DNA of 60,411 nt, filler included, from 5 parts of 5 records of this genome joined end to end with filler, not necessarily neighbours in it; one strand, 5' to 3'; shown: positions 22,168-32,944, counted from the first letter of the whole stretch. Program-made: numbers and translations. The notes: generated by a model not told the origin, from the sequence alone.

Positions 22168-23850
22168 CTACTGGCCCTCAGCCATGCTGGCATCATACAC
22201 GATCTTGCCACCCACGACAGTCATGACCGTTTTGGCATCGAGGATTTCCGCTTCCGGAACGGTCATCAGGTCGATGTCGAAGACAGTGAAGTCTGCCAGC
22301 TTGCCGGCCTCGATCGTGCCGAGGTCGTCTTCCTGGAAGGCAGCGTAAGCGGCCGACGAGGTGAACAGGGCGAGTGCCTGCTCGCGGGTCAGCTTCTGCT
22401 CCGGATGCCAGCCTTCGGCTTCAAAACCTTTGAGGTCTTTCCGGGCGACGGCGGCGTAGAACTCGATCAGCGGCGAGCCGACTTCGACCGGCGCATCAGA
22501 GCCGCCAGCGACGACAGCGCCGTCATCGATCAGCGCTTTCCAGGCATAGGCGCCGGCCAGACGGTCGAGCCCGAGGCGCGAGGGCGCGAAATGCAGGTCG
22601 CCAATGGCGTGACTCGGCTGCATGGACGCGATCAGGCCCAGGGAACCGATGCGGGCAATATCGGTCGGGGCGAGGATTTGTGTATGCTCGATGCGCCAGC
22701 GCTTCTCAGGCGGGTAGCCGCCAGCTTCGTAGATATCGAGGAGGCGCTGATTGGCGAGGTCTCCAATGGCGTGGACCGCCACCTGGATGCCGGCCTGGTC
22801 GGCGCGTTTCATGAAGTCGGCGAGATCTTCATCGGTAATAAGGGAGAGGCCAGATGTCTCAGGCCGGTCTGAATAAGGCTTGATCAGCTGGGCCCCGCGC
22901 GAGCCGAGCGCGCCGTCCATATAGAGCTTGATCGCATGATTGGTGATCGTCGGCGCCTCATAGTCCTGCGCGGCAGCCAGCGCCATGCCCTCTTCGGTTG
23001 CGTCGAAGGCGTTCCACAGGCGGAGAGGCATTTTTCCCTCCCCGGCCAGCTCAAGCATGATCGGCGCCTCGTCCGGACCGACGCTCATATTGTGCACACC
23101 CGTCCAGCCACGAGAGGCATAGACTTTCGCGCCGGTTTCCAGAGCCAACGCCTTGGCGGCGGCATCCGGCTCGGTCCACAAGGATGAGACTAGGCCCATC
23201 GCATTGTCGATCAGTATGCCAGTGGCGTGGCCGTCCGCATCGCGTTCGATGGCACCGCCATCCGGGTTTTCGGTCTCGTCGGTGATGCCGACCGCAGCCA
23301 TCGCAGCACTGTTCACGACCATGGCGTGGCCGTCGGCGCGGGAAAGGATAACTGGATTGTCCAGGCTGACCGCATCAAGGTCTGCCGCAGACGGCATGCG
23401 GCCTTCCGGCCAGCCGGTCTCGATCCAGCCGCGGCCATAGAGCAGCACGCCCGGCTCCAGTCCGGTGAGTTCCGCTTCGATCCGGGTGACCAACTCGGCG
23501 ATAGAAGCCGTGCCTTCGAGGGTGAGGTTCAGTTCTCGCTGGCCAATGCCCAGGAGATGGACATGGGAGTCGGTGAAGCCGGGATACATGTAGGCACCCT
23601 TCAGATCGACGAGGTCGATCTCAGCCTCGCTCCAGTCCTCGGAGAGCGGCGGGGCAGTGCCGACAATGCGGCCATCCTGGCCGACCACAACGGCATCGAC
23701 GGTCGGAAGGTCAGGGTTTCCGGTATAGATCGTGCCGCCGGTGAAGACGGTCAGTTTCTGAGCGGGGGCCGTGTCTTCAGGCTCTGCCGATTGGCCAGCG
23801 CCGCAGGCAGCAAGTGTCAGGGCGAGGGCAAGACTGGCAAAGCGCAACAT
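22168..23850 (-). CDS. Amidohydrolase 3 family (YtcJ-like) lipoprotein
   Basis: PGFTDSHVH, KLYMDGALGSR, HAIGD, RIEH and GSDAPVE motifs; lipobox LAAC. Confidence 0.9.
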   Translation of the reverse strand: MLRFASLALALTLAACGAGQSAEPEDTAPAQKLTVFTGGTIYTGNPDLPTVDAVVVGQDGRIVGTAPPLSEDWSEAEIDLVDLKGAYMYPGFTDSHVHLLGIGQRELNLTLEGTASIAELVTRIEAELTGLEPGVLLYGRGWIETGWPEGRMPSAADLDAVSLDNPVILSRADGHAMVVNSAAMAAVGITDETENPDGGAIERDADGHATGILIDNAMGLVSSLWTEPDAAAKALALETGAKVYASRGWTGVHNMSVGPDEAPIMLELAGEGKMPLRLWNAFDATEEGMALAAAQDYEAPTITNHAIKLYMDGALGSRGAQLIKPYSDRPETSGLSLITDEDLADFMKRADQAGIQVAVHAIGDLANQRLLDIYEAGGYPPEKRWRIEHTQILAPTDIARIGSLGLIASMQPSHAIGDLHFAPSRLGLDRLAGAYAWKALIDDGAVVAGGSDAPVEVGSPLIEFYAAVARKDLKGFEAEGWHPEQKLTREQALALFTSSAAYAAFQEDDLGTIEAGKLADFTVFDIDLMTVPEAEILDAKTVMTVVGGKIVYDASMAEGQ

Positions 23851-23905
23851 TTAGGACCTCCATTGATCATCGGCCCTTGTCCTGCCACGTGTTCTGATGG
23901 CGGGC

Positions 23906-23935
23906 AAAAGAAAAGCGCGCCAGAATGGGCGCGCT
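23906..23935 (-). terminator. Intrinsic terminator after rpmB
   Basis: A-tract followed by AGCGCGCC-AGAATG-GGCGCGCT hairpin. Confidence 0.65.
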
Positions 23936-23975
23936 GTTCCGTTTCTGCAAGTTTCGCTGCAGCTATGGGCAGATA

Positions 23976-24260
23976 TCAGGCAACGGCCTTTTTAGCGATA
24001 TCGCGCTTGATCTTTAGGGCCTTGGCCGACAACGTGTCGTCCTTGGCCTTGGCCAGGAAGCCGTCGAGGCCGCCCAGCTTGTCGACGGTGCGCAGGGCCG
24101 AGGCGGTGATACGCATCGGGAAGTTCTGGTTCAGCGCTTCGGAGTGAAGCGTGACGCGCACGAGGTTCGGACGGAAAATCCGCTTCGTCTTGATCTGGGA
24201 GTGGCTGACACGGTGGCCGACCATCGGCTTGGTGCCGGTAAGTTCACACTCGCGGGACAT
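23976..24260 (-). CDS. rpmB: 50S ribosomal protein L28
   Basis: MSRECELTG...GHRVSHS..KTKR.F.PNL. Confidence 0.97.
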   Translation of the reverse strand: MSRECELTGTKPMVGHRVSHSQIKTKRIFRPNLVRVTLHSEALNQNFPMRITASALRTVDKLGGLDGFLAKAKDDTLSAKALKIKRDIAKKAVA

Positions 24261-24517
24261 GGTCTCGCTCCAATAAATGGGTCTTATCTCGAAGGCGCGC
24301 TGTTAAAACGCCTGAGGCCTTCCTGTCAACTCCGGTGTGCGGCGAATCCTCAGTTCACAGGGCCTGTAACTGCTTGTCACAAGGTTTGACCGCAAATCCG
24401 CCCGATTAAGGCGGGAAAACGACAGCCTTGTTCAGGCAGCGTTGGCACCGGATGCCTATATATGGCTTAACGAAAGTGACCAGCCCTCCCGGCCGGTCAG
24501 GAAACGGTACAGTTCAG

Positions 24518-25450
24518 ATGATGAAACGTTCGATCTTCCTTGCTTCCGCCGCCGCGCTGGCCCTGACCGGGCTCGCCACGGCGGGATGGGCCACGGCAGG
24601 CCAGGCCAGCGCCGACAAATCGCCTGCCCCGAAGAACGCTTCGGGCGCCATTCTTACCAACGTGAAGGCCGGCACGCCGACGCGGATGGAATACGAGCTG
24701 CAGGCCAAGGCCTATGTCTTCTTCATTCCGGCCACCGGGCGGGCCACGTTCACGACCGACCTGCAGTCCGATACCTACACGATCGACTCGCGTGTGAAGG
24801 TCACCGGCATCGCGGACTGGTTCGTCAATTACGACATGAACATCCATGCCGAGGGCGAAACCCGCGACAATGAGCTCAAGACCCGCACCTATGTCTCGCA
24901 GAACAAGGACGGAAAAAAGAACCGCAAGGTGGAGATGGAAATCACCGATACGGATTTCACCATGAATGCCAATCCGGTTTTCGGGAACCTTGGTGATCCG
25001 GCGGCCACAACGGAACAGGTGCTGAAGACGAATGATCCGATCACGGCGCTGATCACGTTCGCGCTGGAGCCGCGGGCGCCGGGCGCAGACCCCTGCGGCG
25101 GTCCGATCCGTATCTTCGACGGTCGGCAGCTGACCTATCTGCACCTCAAGAATGCTGGCACGAAACGCGTCGATACGCCTGTCTGGACCGGCGAAGCCAT
25201 CGAGTGCCATGTCACCATGGACAAGATCGCCGGCTACAAGAAGGGCGAAGCCGACAATGACAATCTCACCGGCATCGACGGCCCGCTGCGCATGTGGCTC
25301 GCCCCGCTGGACAATGGCGCATCGGTACCGATCAAGATCGCCGCCGATTCCAAGAAGATCGGCGATGTGACCCTGACGGCGAAAAAGCTGCGCTTCGAAC
25401 CATTGGTCACGACTGAAGCCTCGGCCGGACAGGAGATGGCCGAGAACTAG
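24518..25450 (+). CDS. DUF3108 domain-containing exported protein
   Basis: Signal peptide; DP+T.....C.....IFDGR motif; adjacent to rpmB as is usual in alphaproteobacteria. Confidence 0.75.
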   Translation: MMKRSIFLASAAALALTGLATAGWATAGQASADKSPAPKNASGAILTNVKAGTPTRMEYELQAKAYVFFIPATGRATFTTDLQSDTYTIDSRVKVTGIADWFVNYDMNIHAEGETRDNELKTRTYVSQNKDGKKNRKVEMEITDTDFTMNANPVFGNLGDPAATTEQVLKTNDPITALITFALEPRAPGADPCGGPIRIFDGRQLTYLHLKNAGTKRVDTPVWTGEAIECHVTMDKIAGYKKGEADNDNLTGIDGPLRMWLAPLDNGASVPIKIAADSKKIGDVTLTAKKLRFEPLVTTEASAGQEMAEN

Positions 25451-25463
25451 ACTGTTTTCGCCA

Positions 25464-26495
25464 CTAAACCTGTTTAGGAAGGCGCCGCAGCGCCGCGATC
25501 AGACCGCTCATATCCTCAGGCAGGGGCGCTTCGAACCGGAGCGCCTCTTTCGTTATGGGATGCACGAAGCCGAGCACGGCGGCATGCAGCGCCTGGCGCG
25601 GAAAGGCGCGCGCCGCATCGAAGCCGGCATCGCGGCCCGGCCCTGAGCCCAGCGCCGAGACGCCCTTGTGGCGGCCATAGACCGGATCGCCGACCAGCGG
25701 GGTGCCGATATGCGCCATGTGCACACGGATCTGGTGGGTGCGCCCGGTTTCCAGACGGCACTCGACGAGCGCGGCTGACGGGAAATTCGTGCCCTTTTCG
25801 CGGATGCCGAAGGTTTCCAGCGTCTTGTAGTGCGTTACTGCATGGCGCCCGAACCCGGCCTCCGGATTCTTGACAACGGCCATCTTCTTCCGGTCGCCGC
25901 TGGAGCGGGCGATATGTTCGTCCACCGTCCCCTGCGAAGGCCGGGGCGCGCCGCGAGTCACGGCAAGGTAAGCGCGTTCGATGTCGTGCGAGCTGAAAAG
26001 CGCCGAAAGGCCCTGATGGGCCTGTTCCGTCTTGGCGGCGACCAGCACGCCGGTCGTCAGCTTGTCGATCCGGTGCACGATGCCCGGCCGCTCCACCCCG
26101 CCAATGCCGGAGAGCTGGCCCTTGCAATGATGGAGCAGCGCGTTGACCAGCGTCCCGTCAGGGCTGCCGGGTGCCGGGTGCACGGCCATGCCGGACGGTT
26201 TGTTGATGACGATCAGATGCTCGTCCTCGAACAGCACGTCGAACGGGATGTCCTGCGGTTCGGGCTCTGCCGCCACCGGTTCCGGCACGGCGACTGCGTA
26301 CTCGGCCCCGGCAACCACCGGCTTTTTCGGATTGGTCTCTGCCGCGCCGTCTATCGTGACACCCCCCTCCAGGATCAGGGCTTTGAGGCGCGAACGCGAA
26401 AGGTCCTCCGCCGCTGCGGCGAGGAAAACATCGAGGCGCTTGCCGGCATCATCCGGGGCGGCGGTGAAGGTCAGTCGGTGGGTCGGGCGGGTCAT
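25464..26495 (-). CDS. rluD: RluA-family pseudouridine synthase with S4 domain
   Basis: RLD S4 domain, NKPSGMAVHP, GIVHRIDK and LETGRTHQIRVH motifs. Confidence 0.9.
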   Translation of the reverse strand: MTRPTHRLTFTAAPDDAGKRLDVFLAAAAEDLSRSRLKALILEGGVTIDGAAETNPKKPVVAGAEYAVAVPEPVAAEPEPQDIPFDVLFEDEHLIVINKPSGMAVHPAPGSPDGTLVNALLHHCKGQLSGIGGVERPGIVHRIDKLTTGVLVAAKTEQAHQGLSALFSSHDIERAYLAVTRGAPRPSQGTVDEHIARSSGDRKKMAVVKNPEAGFGRHAVTHYKTLETFGIREKGTNFPSAALVECRLETGRTHQIRVHMAHIGTPLVGDPVYGRHKGVSALGSGPGRDAGFDAARAFPRQALHAAVLGFVHPITKEALRFEAPLPEDMSGLIAALRRLPKQV

Positions 26496-26525
26496 CGGGC
26501 GGCTTATAGACGAAAGGGGCCGCGC

Positions 26526-26543
26526 GCGTCATGCTATTGTCTC
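26526..26543 (+). promoter_or_regulatory. Possible Pho box upstream of phoD
   Basis: GCGTCAT-GCTA-TTGTCTC, a degenerate match to CTGTCAT-N4-CTGTCAT. Confidence 0.3.
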
Positions 26544-26585
26544 GAACCGGCGTTAGACCGGCCCCGCCCAGTTGGAGGATACCCC

Positions 26586-28280
26586 ATGACAAACGTCACA
26601 CGCCGCGGCCTGCTTGGTGCTGCCGCCACCGGAACACTCAGCCTTGCCGCTTGCGCGACCCCCGCCTCCAGGACCGGCCCGTCCGGTTACGCCGGCGAGG
26701 TGGAATTCCTTCACGGTGTCGCCTCCGGTGACCCGCTGACCGACCGCGTCATCCTGTGGACGCGCGTGACGCCGAAATCCGGCGAAGGTGCGATCCCGGT
26801 GAAATACGAAGTGTTCGGCCAGGACGGCGCCCTCGTGACCTCCGGCATGCTGAGCGCGGATGCCGCACATGATTTCTGCGTGAAGGCGGACGCGAAAGGC
26901 CTGAAGCCTGCCACCACCTACACCTACAAATTCACCGCCCTGACTGAAGGCGGCGATGTCACCTCCCCGACCGGGCGCACGCGCACGACGGCCGCTTCGG
27001 GCGACGCGCCGGTGAAGATGGTCGTCATCTCCTGCTCCAACTGGCAGTTCGGCCAGTTCAACGCCTACAAGGCCTTGTCGGAAGAGCCGGACCTCGACGT
27101 GATCCTGCACCTCGGCGATTACATCTACGAATACGGTATCGACGGCTATGGCAGCGAAGTGGCCCAGAAGATCGGCCGCCTGCATGATCCGGTGACGGAA
27201 TGTATCACGCTTGCCGACTACCGCCTGCGCCACGCCCAGTACAAATCCGACCCGAACCTGCAGGCCGCCCATGCGGCCGCCCCGTGGATCTGCACATGGG
27301 ACGACCATGAAAGCGCCAATGACTCCTACCGGACAGGCGCACAGAACCATAATCCGGAAAACAATGAAGGCAGCTGGTCTGACCGCAAGATGGCCGCCAT
27401 CCAGGCCTATTTCGAATGGATCCCGGTGCGCGAGCCGGAGCCCGGCAAGATCACTTCCGCCGTCTGGCGCAGCTTCGAATTCGGCGACGTCGCCACGGTC
27501 CACGCGCTGGAATCCCGCCTGACCGGCCGGTCGCCGGAGCTCGAATGGTATTCCGTGCTCGCCGGCAATCCGTCTCAGGAAGAAATGATGGTCCGCATCG
27601 AGGCGAAAGTGGCCGAAGTCAATGATCCAGCCCGCACGATGCTTGGCGCCGAACAGGAAGCCTGGCTGGAAGGCGAGCTTGGCAAGTCCGTCTCTGCCGG
27701 CAAGACCTGGCAGGTGCTGGCCAATCAGGTGATCATGGCGAAGGTCGCCCTGCCGAACATGGTCGAAGTTCTGACGCCGGAACAGATCGCCGCGCAGGAC
27801 AGCCCCTATGTCGAAGGCATGGTCGGCTTCTCCGCCCTCGGCCTGCCGTTCAACCTCGATGCCTGGGACGGTTTCCCGGCCGCCCGCGAACGCCTCTATG
27901 CTTCAGCCGAGAAAACCGGCGCGCGCCTCGTCACCGTGACCGGCGACACGCACACAGCCTGGGCAAACACGCTGTATGACGCCAAGGGCGATCAGCGCGG
28001 CGTGGAGTTCGGCTGCACCTCGATCACCTCGCCGGGCATGGGCTCCGTCATCAAGGATGTTCCGAACCTCGGCGAGCTGCTGGCAGATGCCAACAAGGAA
28101 GTCGACTGGTACGATCCGTTCGGTCACGGCTATATCGTCATGACCCTGACGCCGGATACGGCGCATGCGGAATACAAGAAAGTGTCCAGCATCCTGTCGA
28201 CGGACTGGTCGCTGGAATCGGTTGCTGCATGGAAGGCAACGGCAGAAGACGGCGGCATGTCGGGCCTGATGCCCGCCTGA
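26586..28280 (+). CDS. phoD: Alkaline phosphatase D family, Tat-exported lipoprotein
   Basis: TRRGLL Tat motif and LAAC; F.HGVASGDP, HLGDYIYE, WDDHE, DAWDG and TGDTH motifs; GGAGG SD. Confidence 0.92.
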   Translation: MTNVTRRGLLGAAATGTLSLAACATPASRTGPSGYAGEVEFLHGVASGDPLTDRVILWTRVTPKSGEGAIPVKYEVFGQDGALVTSGMLSADAAHDFCVKADAKGLKPATTYTYKFTALTEGGDVTSPTGRTRTTAASGDAPVKMVVISCSNWQFGQFNAYKALSEEPDLDVILHLGDYIYEYGIDGYGSEVAQKIGRLHDPVTECITLADYRLRHAQYKSDPNLQAAHAAAPWICTWDDHESANDSYRTGAQNHNPENNEGSWSDRKMAAIQAYFEWIPVREPEPGKITSAVWRSFEFGDVATVHALESRLTGRSPELEWYSVLAGNPSQEEMMVRIEAKVAEVNDPARTMLGAEQEAWLEGELGKSVSAGKTWQVLANQVIMAKVALPNMVEVLTPEQIAAQDSPYVEGMVGFSALGLPFNLDAWDGFPAARERLYASAEKTGARLVTVTGDTHTAWANTLYDAKGDQRGVEFGCTSITSPGMGSVIKDVPNLGELLADANKEVDWYDPFGHGYIVMTLTPDTAHAEYKKVSSILSTDWSLESVAAWKATAEDGGMSGLMPA

Positions 28281-28292
28281 TCAAACGCCTGA

Positions 28293-29051
28293 TCAGTCCA
28301 GAATGCCGGCGAGGCCCGAGCGTCCCCCATCGAGGCGCAACACCTCGCCTGTAATGATGGCCGCTTCCGGTGACGCCAGGAAGGCAGCAGAATCGGCGAT
28401 CTCATCGGCCAGCGCCGCCCGGCCGAGGGGCGTGCGTTTGCCCGTCCAGGTTTCCATTTTCTCCTCCCGCGGACGGATCGCAACGATCGCGTTCACGCGG
28501 ATGCCTGCCTCGGCAAGATCCAGCGACCCGGCCCGCATCACGCCCAGAACACCGGCCTGCGTCACGGATTCGGTGAAGCGGCCCGGCATCGTCGCCAGCG
28601 CAGAATAGGACAGGACGAAAGTGATCGTCCCACGCTGGCGGATGCGCTCTGCGCCGGAGGTCGGCAGGTCAGCCTGTTCCTCGATCCGCTCGGAGAAGAC
28701 TTTCAGGCATTGCGCGGCGCCACGCACCGTCTTGGCCAGCGCCTTGTCGAACTTCTCCTGAGAGAAGTCGTGAATGGAATCGGGATCTTCGATACTGGGG
28801 ATGACGATCAGATTATCGATCCGGCCGAAGCCCTCCACCGCCGCGGCCACAGCGTTGCGCAGGCCGAGCTTCGTGTGCAGGTCGCCCAGATGCAGGAGCA
28901 CTTTCTCCGGCATCGCGTTCTGCGCCGTCAGCAGGCGGTCGCCGCTGGAATCGGCAGCCAGCACATTGTGCCCGAGTTCATGGAAGCGGCGCGCAACCGC
29001 ATCGCCGACCTCGCGGCCAAGGCCCAGAATGGCAGTGACGGGCGATCCCAC
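28293..29051 (-). CDS. SDR-fold protein with degenerate catalytic motif
   Basis: FGRID, GIRVNAI, TPLGR and ITGEVLRLDGG scaffold present, but YxxxK is replaced by ESVTQ. Confidence 0.8.
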   Translation of the reverse strand: MGSPVTAILGLGREVGDAVARRFHELGHNVLAADSSGDRLLTAQNAMPEKVLLHLGDLHTKLGLRNAVAAAVEGFGRIDNLIVIPSIEDPDSIHDFSQEKFDKALAKTVRGAAQCLKVFSERIEEQADLPTSGAERIRQRGTITFVLSYSALATMPGRFTESVTQAGVLGVMRAGSLDLAEAGIRVNAIVAIRPREEKMETWTGKRTPLGRAALADEIADSAAFLASPEAAIITGEVLRLDGGRSGLAGILD

Positions 29052-29056
29052 GGCGA

Positions 29057-29362
29057 TCAGTCCTCGTCCGCGCTGCGGACAGACCGCAGATCATCACCAA
29101 GGACGGTCAACCGGTCGTTCAGGCGATGCAGCGCCGCCAGCAGCTCGGTCAGCAGGCGCACGACAAGGAAGAGGAAGCCCAGCACAGCGAAGGCGCCCAG
29201 GGTTTCCAGAAAGGCACCGACGAAATGCCCCGTGAACAAGAGGCCGAGGCCGCGCAACACGGCCAGCAAGACCAGGGCGGCCAGAAGCAGGTTGAATATG
29301 CCTGCGGCCTGGCGGATCGCGCCGAGGCTCAACGATTTGTCCTGATCAAAAATGTCCCGCAT
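29057..29362 (-). CDS. Small two-TM membrane protein of unknown function
   Basis: Two hydrophobic segments plus a C-terminal coiled coil; AAAGGA SD; 5 nt from the SDR gene. Confidence 0.7.
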   Translation of the reverse strand: MRDIFDQDKSLSLGAIRQAAGIFNLLLAALVLLAVLRGLGLLFTGHFVGAFLETLGAFAVLGFLFLVVRLLTELLAALHRLNDRLTVLGDDLRSVRSADED

Positions 29363-29421
29363 GGAACCCGTCCTTTCGGCTGCTGCGTGTGCCGGCGAAA
29401 GGACACTGGTCCGTTCAGCCG

Positions 29422-29589
29422 TTAGCTGGCTTCAAGCCATCGCAGCTCTTCTTTAATCTTCAGTTTCTGTCGCTTGAGGTCTTTGAGGCGAAGGGTGTCG
29501 GCAGCCGGGCGTTTTTCTTCTTCTTCGATGATCTGGTCCAGCTGGCGGTGCTTGTTGGCGAGCTCACTTTTCCGGCCCTGTAGCGACAT
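29422..29589 (-). CDS. YdcH/DUF465 family small coiled-coil protein
   Basis: L..KH..LD..I..E..RP..D......LK.QKLKIKEE; AAGGAG SD. Confidence 0.85.
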   Translation of the reverse strand: MSLQGRKSELANKHRQLDQIIEEEEKRPAADTLRLKDLKRQKLKIKEELRWLEAS

Positions 29590-29704
29590 ATTCGTCTCCT
29601 TCTGCATGTTAAGTGGCTGTGTCTTAACAGCAACACTTAAGCATAAGGTTGGCCTTTCGTCACCCTGATCTCAAATGAATCCTCCTTCAGAATCGTTCTC
29701 CGCT

Positions 29705-30391
29705 TCAACTGCGGGCAGAACGCCCGCTTTTCCTGTTCGCTTTTTGCGCAAACATGGCCTGATCGGCCCGTGCAATCAGGTGCCCGGCATCTTCACCGGG
29801 CTGCCAGGCCACAACGCCGCAGGAAGCCCCAATGCGCAAACTCCGGTCCGGCGCATCGCCCGCGCCGCGCACCGTCAGGGCATCGATCCGCTCGGTCAGC
29901 TGGGCGGCCTTGCGCTCCGAATCGGCCAGGGTCGCCTGTGACAGCACGATGCCGAACTCGTCTCCGCCGAGCCGGCCGACAATGTCGGTATCGCGGGTCA
30001 GGCTGAGCAGGATCTCGGACACTTTCAGCAGGACTGCATCGCCTGTGGCGTGGCCGAAAATGTCGTTCACCGGCTTGAAATGGTCCAGATCGGTGAAAAT
30101 CAGGCTGAGCGGCGTGCCGAAACGGCTAGCCAGCGCGATCTCGCGGCGGACTTCGCGTTCAAAGGCGCGGCGGTTGAACATCGGGCAAAGGGTATCATGG
30201 TCGGCCAGCAATTCGGCCTCTGTCAGGGCTTTGCGGGCGCTGGCCAGCTCATCGCGAAGGGAAATAACCTCATCGCACAGCGCCTCGATGGCGGCGCGCG
30301 TGTGCCGGTCCGTGCTGTCCAGATCGACACCGAGGATGTCGATCAGCGCCCGCCGCCGGTCTGCCTGCACATGGAAGCCATCATCTGCCAT
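29705..30391 (-). CDS. Diguanylate cyclase (GGDEF, short coiled-coil N-terminus)
   Basis: [20 protein letters not shown]-site and GRLGGDEF. Confidence 0.9.
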   Translation of the reverse strand: MADDGFHVQADRRRALIDILGVDLDSTDRHTRAAIEALCDEVISLRDELASARKALTEAELLADHDTLCPMFNRRAFEREVRREIALASRFGTPLSLIFTDLDHFKPVNDIFGHATGDAVLLKVSEILLSLTRDTDIVGRLGGDEFGIVLSQATLADSERKAAQLTERIDALTVRGAGDAPDRSLRIGASCGVVAWQPGEDAGHLIARADQAMFAQKANRKSGRSARS

Positions 30392-30504
30392 TTCCTGACG
30401 ATACGTGCAGTCAGGCCCCTTGTGGAGCGAGTTCCCCCAGCAGGCGGCAGTTGACGAGGCAAGCCGCCTGCATATGGTGCGCGCTTTCCGCCAGCGAGGA
30501 TGCC

Positions 30505-30999
30505 ATGGCAACAAGCGAATCCCCCAAGGTCGGCATCATCATGGGCAGTCAGTCGGACTGGCCGGTGATGAAGGAAGCCGCTCGCCTTCTGGGCGAACTC
30601 GGCGTCACCTATGAAGCCCGGATTGTCTCGGCGCACCGTACGCCGGACCGGCTGGTCAGCTATGCCAAGGGCGCGAAGGCAAAAGGCCTGAAAGTGATCA
30701 TCGCGGGCGCTGGCGGCGCGGCACACCTGCCCGGCATGGCCGCCTCGATGACCCCCCTGCCCGTTCTGGGCGTCCCGGTTCAGTCGAAAACCCTGTCCGG
30801 CCTCGACAGCTTGCTCTCAATTGTCCAGATGCCGCGCGGTGTACCTGTCGGCACCCTCGCCATCGGTGAGGCCGGCGCCGTGAATGCCGGCATCATGGCC
30901 GCCTCCATCGTGGCGCTGGAAGACGATGCCGTTGCCGCCAAGCTCGATGCTTACCGTCAGGCGCAGACCGATGGGGTCGGGGAGACGCCTGAGGGATGA
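30505..30999 (+). CDS. purE: N5-carboxyaminoimidazole ribonucleotide mutase
   Basis: [14 protein letters not shown] and [10 protein letters not shown] motifs. Confidence 0.97.
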   Translation: MATSESPKVGIIMGSQSDWPVMKEAARLLGELGVTYEARIVSAHRTPDRLVSYAKGAKAKGLKVIIAGAGGAAHLPGMAASMTPLPVLGVPVQSKTLSGLDSLLSIVQMPRGVPVGTLAIGEAGAVNAGIMAASIVALEDDAVAAKLDAYRQAQTDGVGETPEG

Positions 31000-32075
31000 C
31001 ATCTGTCGCGCCAGGCAGCGTTATCGGGATCCTCGGCGGCGGCCAGCTGGGCCGCATGCTGGCGAATGCTGCGCAGCGGCTGGGCTTCGATGTCGACATC
31101 TATTGCCCGGAAGACGATCCGCCCGCCGCACGCGTTGCCCGCCATCACTGGAAAGGCGCCTATGACAACGAGGCCCTGCTGACCGAGTTCGCCAAGGCCT
31201 GCGCCGTCATCACGCTGGAATTCGAGAACATCCCCGTCATCGCTGCCGACGTGATCGAAGCGACAGGCCACCACCTTTATCCCGGCGCAAAGTCGCTCGC
31301 CGTCTCGCAGGACCGGGCCGAGGAGAAGGCCTTCCTGAACGATATCGGCATCGCCACGGCGGACTATCGCGTGATCAATTCGGATCATGACATTGCCAAG
31401 GCCTTGCCGGAACTTGGCGGAACCGGACTGCTGAAGACCCGCCGCGACGGCTATGATGGCAAGGGCCAGGCCTGGATCCGGTCCCCCGATGACATTGCAG
31501 CCGCATGGACCGAAGTCGGCGCAGCGCCCTGCGTGCTGGAAGCGCCTGTTCCGTTCGAGCGCGAAATCTCCGTCATCGTCGCCCGTTCCAGCCTCGGTGA
31601 GACGGCGACCTGGGCGCCGCCGCACAATGTGCACAAGGACGGCATCCTTTCGACCTCCACCGTCCCCTCCGGCCTGCCGATTGCCGGGGAACAGGCCGCA
31701 CGGGAGAAGGCCATCGCGCTGGTCGATGCGCTGGGTCATGTCGGCGTGCTGGCGCTGGAGCTGTTCGTGCTGCCGGATGGCAACTTGCTGGCCAACGAAT
31801 TTGCACCGCGCGTCCACAATTCCGGCCATTGGACGCCGGAAGCCTGCCAGACCGGCCAGTTCGAGCAGCATATCCGCGCCATCTGCGGCTGGCCGCTGGG
31901 CGATACGCGCCGGCTGTTCGATGCCGAGATGGAAAACCTGATCGGCGAGGCCGGCAATGTCGACCCGGCCAGCCTTGCCCCCGGCGACGTGCTGACCCTT
32001 TATGGCAAGCACGAAGCCCGCCCCGGCCGCAAGATGGGCCACATCACGCGGCGCCTGGCGCCCCGGAAGGCCTGA
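30996..32075 (+). CDS. purK: N5-CAIR synthase
   Basis: [27 protein letters not shown] and GRKMGH motifs; ATGA overlap with purE. Confidence 0.96.
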   Translation: MTSVAPGSVIGILGGGQLGRMLANAAQRLGFDVDIYCPEDDPPAARVARHHWKGAYDNEALLTEFAKACAVITLEFENIPVIAADVIEATGHHLYPGAKSLAVSQDRAEEKAFLNDIGIATADYRVINSDHDIAKALPELGGTGLLKTRRDGYDGKGQAWIRSPDDIAAAWTEVGAAPCVLEAPVPFEREISVIVARSSLGETATWAPPHNVHKDGILSTSTVPSGLPIAGEQAAREKAIALVDALGHVGVLALELFVLPDGNLLANEFAPRVHNSGHWTPEACQTGQFEQHIRAICGWPLGDTRRLFDAEMENLIGEAGNVDPASLAPGDVLTLYGKHEARPGRKMGHITRRLAPRKA

Positions 32076-32091
32076 ATAGAGGACAGATCAC

Positions 32092-32847
32092 ATGCTGCTT
32101 CCCGTCTCCACCTGGCAGGATATCGAAGCCTGGCTGCAGAAATCGCGCACCATCCTGATCCCCATCGGGTCGATGGAACAGCACGGGCCGAACGGCTTTA
32201 TCGGCACTGACGCGCTCTGCCCGGAAATCATCGCCCGACATGCCGAGGCGAGTGCGCCGGACGATGTGCTCGTCGGCCCGACCTTCTCTGTCGGCTGCGC
32301 CCAGCATCACCTCGGCTTCCCTGGCACAATCACGCTGCGCCCGACCACGATGATCGCAGCCATGGCGGACTGGACCGAGAGCCTGATGCGCCACGGTTTC
32401 GAGCGGATCTACTGGCTGAACGGCCATGGCGGGAACATCGCCACGATCGAGGCGGCCTTCTCCGAGATTCACTCGCGGCGCAGCTTTGACCCGCGCGGCG
32501 CCGACAACCGCCCCGGCCTGATGCTGAAACTGCGCAACTGGTGGGATTTCTCGCCGGTCATGAAGCTCTGCAACGAGCTCTATCCCGTCGGCCATGGCAG
32601 CCACGCCACTGCGTCTGAAGTGTCAGTAACCTATTTCGGCTATCCGGACCGCGCCCGGCCGGATGTGGAGATGAGCCCGAAAATCGCGCCAAACGGCAAG
32701 ATCGGCGACGCGGTCCAGTATCGCCGCGACTTCCCGGATGGCCGCATCGGGTCCGACCCGACCCAGTCGAGCGCGGAAGACGGCCAGAAGATTGTCGAAG
32801 CCGCCGCTGCTGCAGTTCTGGAAGAGGTGAAACGCTTCGCGGCGTAA
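32092..32847 (+). CDS. Creatininase family protein
   Basis: PIGSMEQHGP, NGHGGN and HA...E motifs. Confidence 0.88.
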   Translation: MLLPVSTWQDIEAWLQKSRTILIPIGSMEQHGPNGFIGTDALCPEIIARHAEASAPDDVLVGPTFSVGCAQHHLGFPGTITLRPTTMIAAMADWTESLMRHGFERIYWLNGHGGNIATIEAAFSEIHSRRSFDPRGADNRPGLMLKLRNWWDFSPVMKLCNELYPVGHGSHATASEVSVTYFGYPDRARPDVEMSPKIAPNGKIGDAVQYRRDFPDGRIGSDPTQSSAEDGQKIVEAAAAAVLEEVKRFAA

Positions 32848-32944
32848 CCCAACCTTACTGACAGCGTAATTTTCCGGACTCTGGCCAGATGCGGCCAAGG
32901 ACGGTATCAGAATCTCTCATCATAAGAGGCGTCTGAACCAGAGA

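Noticed and set aside
25830-26585. 250-aa N-terminal extension making PhoD 816 aa
   Set aside because: Overlaps rluD on the opposite strand. The real start with GGAGG SD and Tat signal is at 26586.
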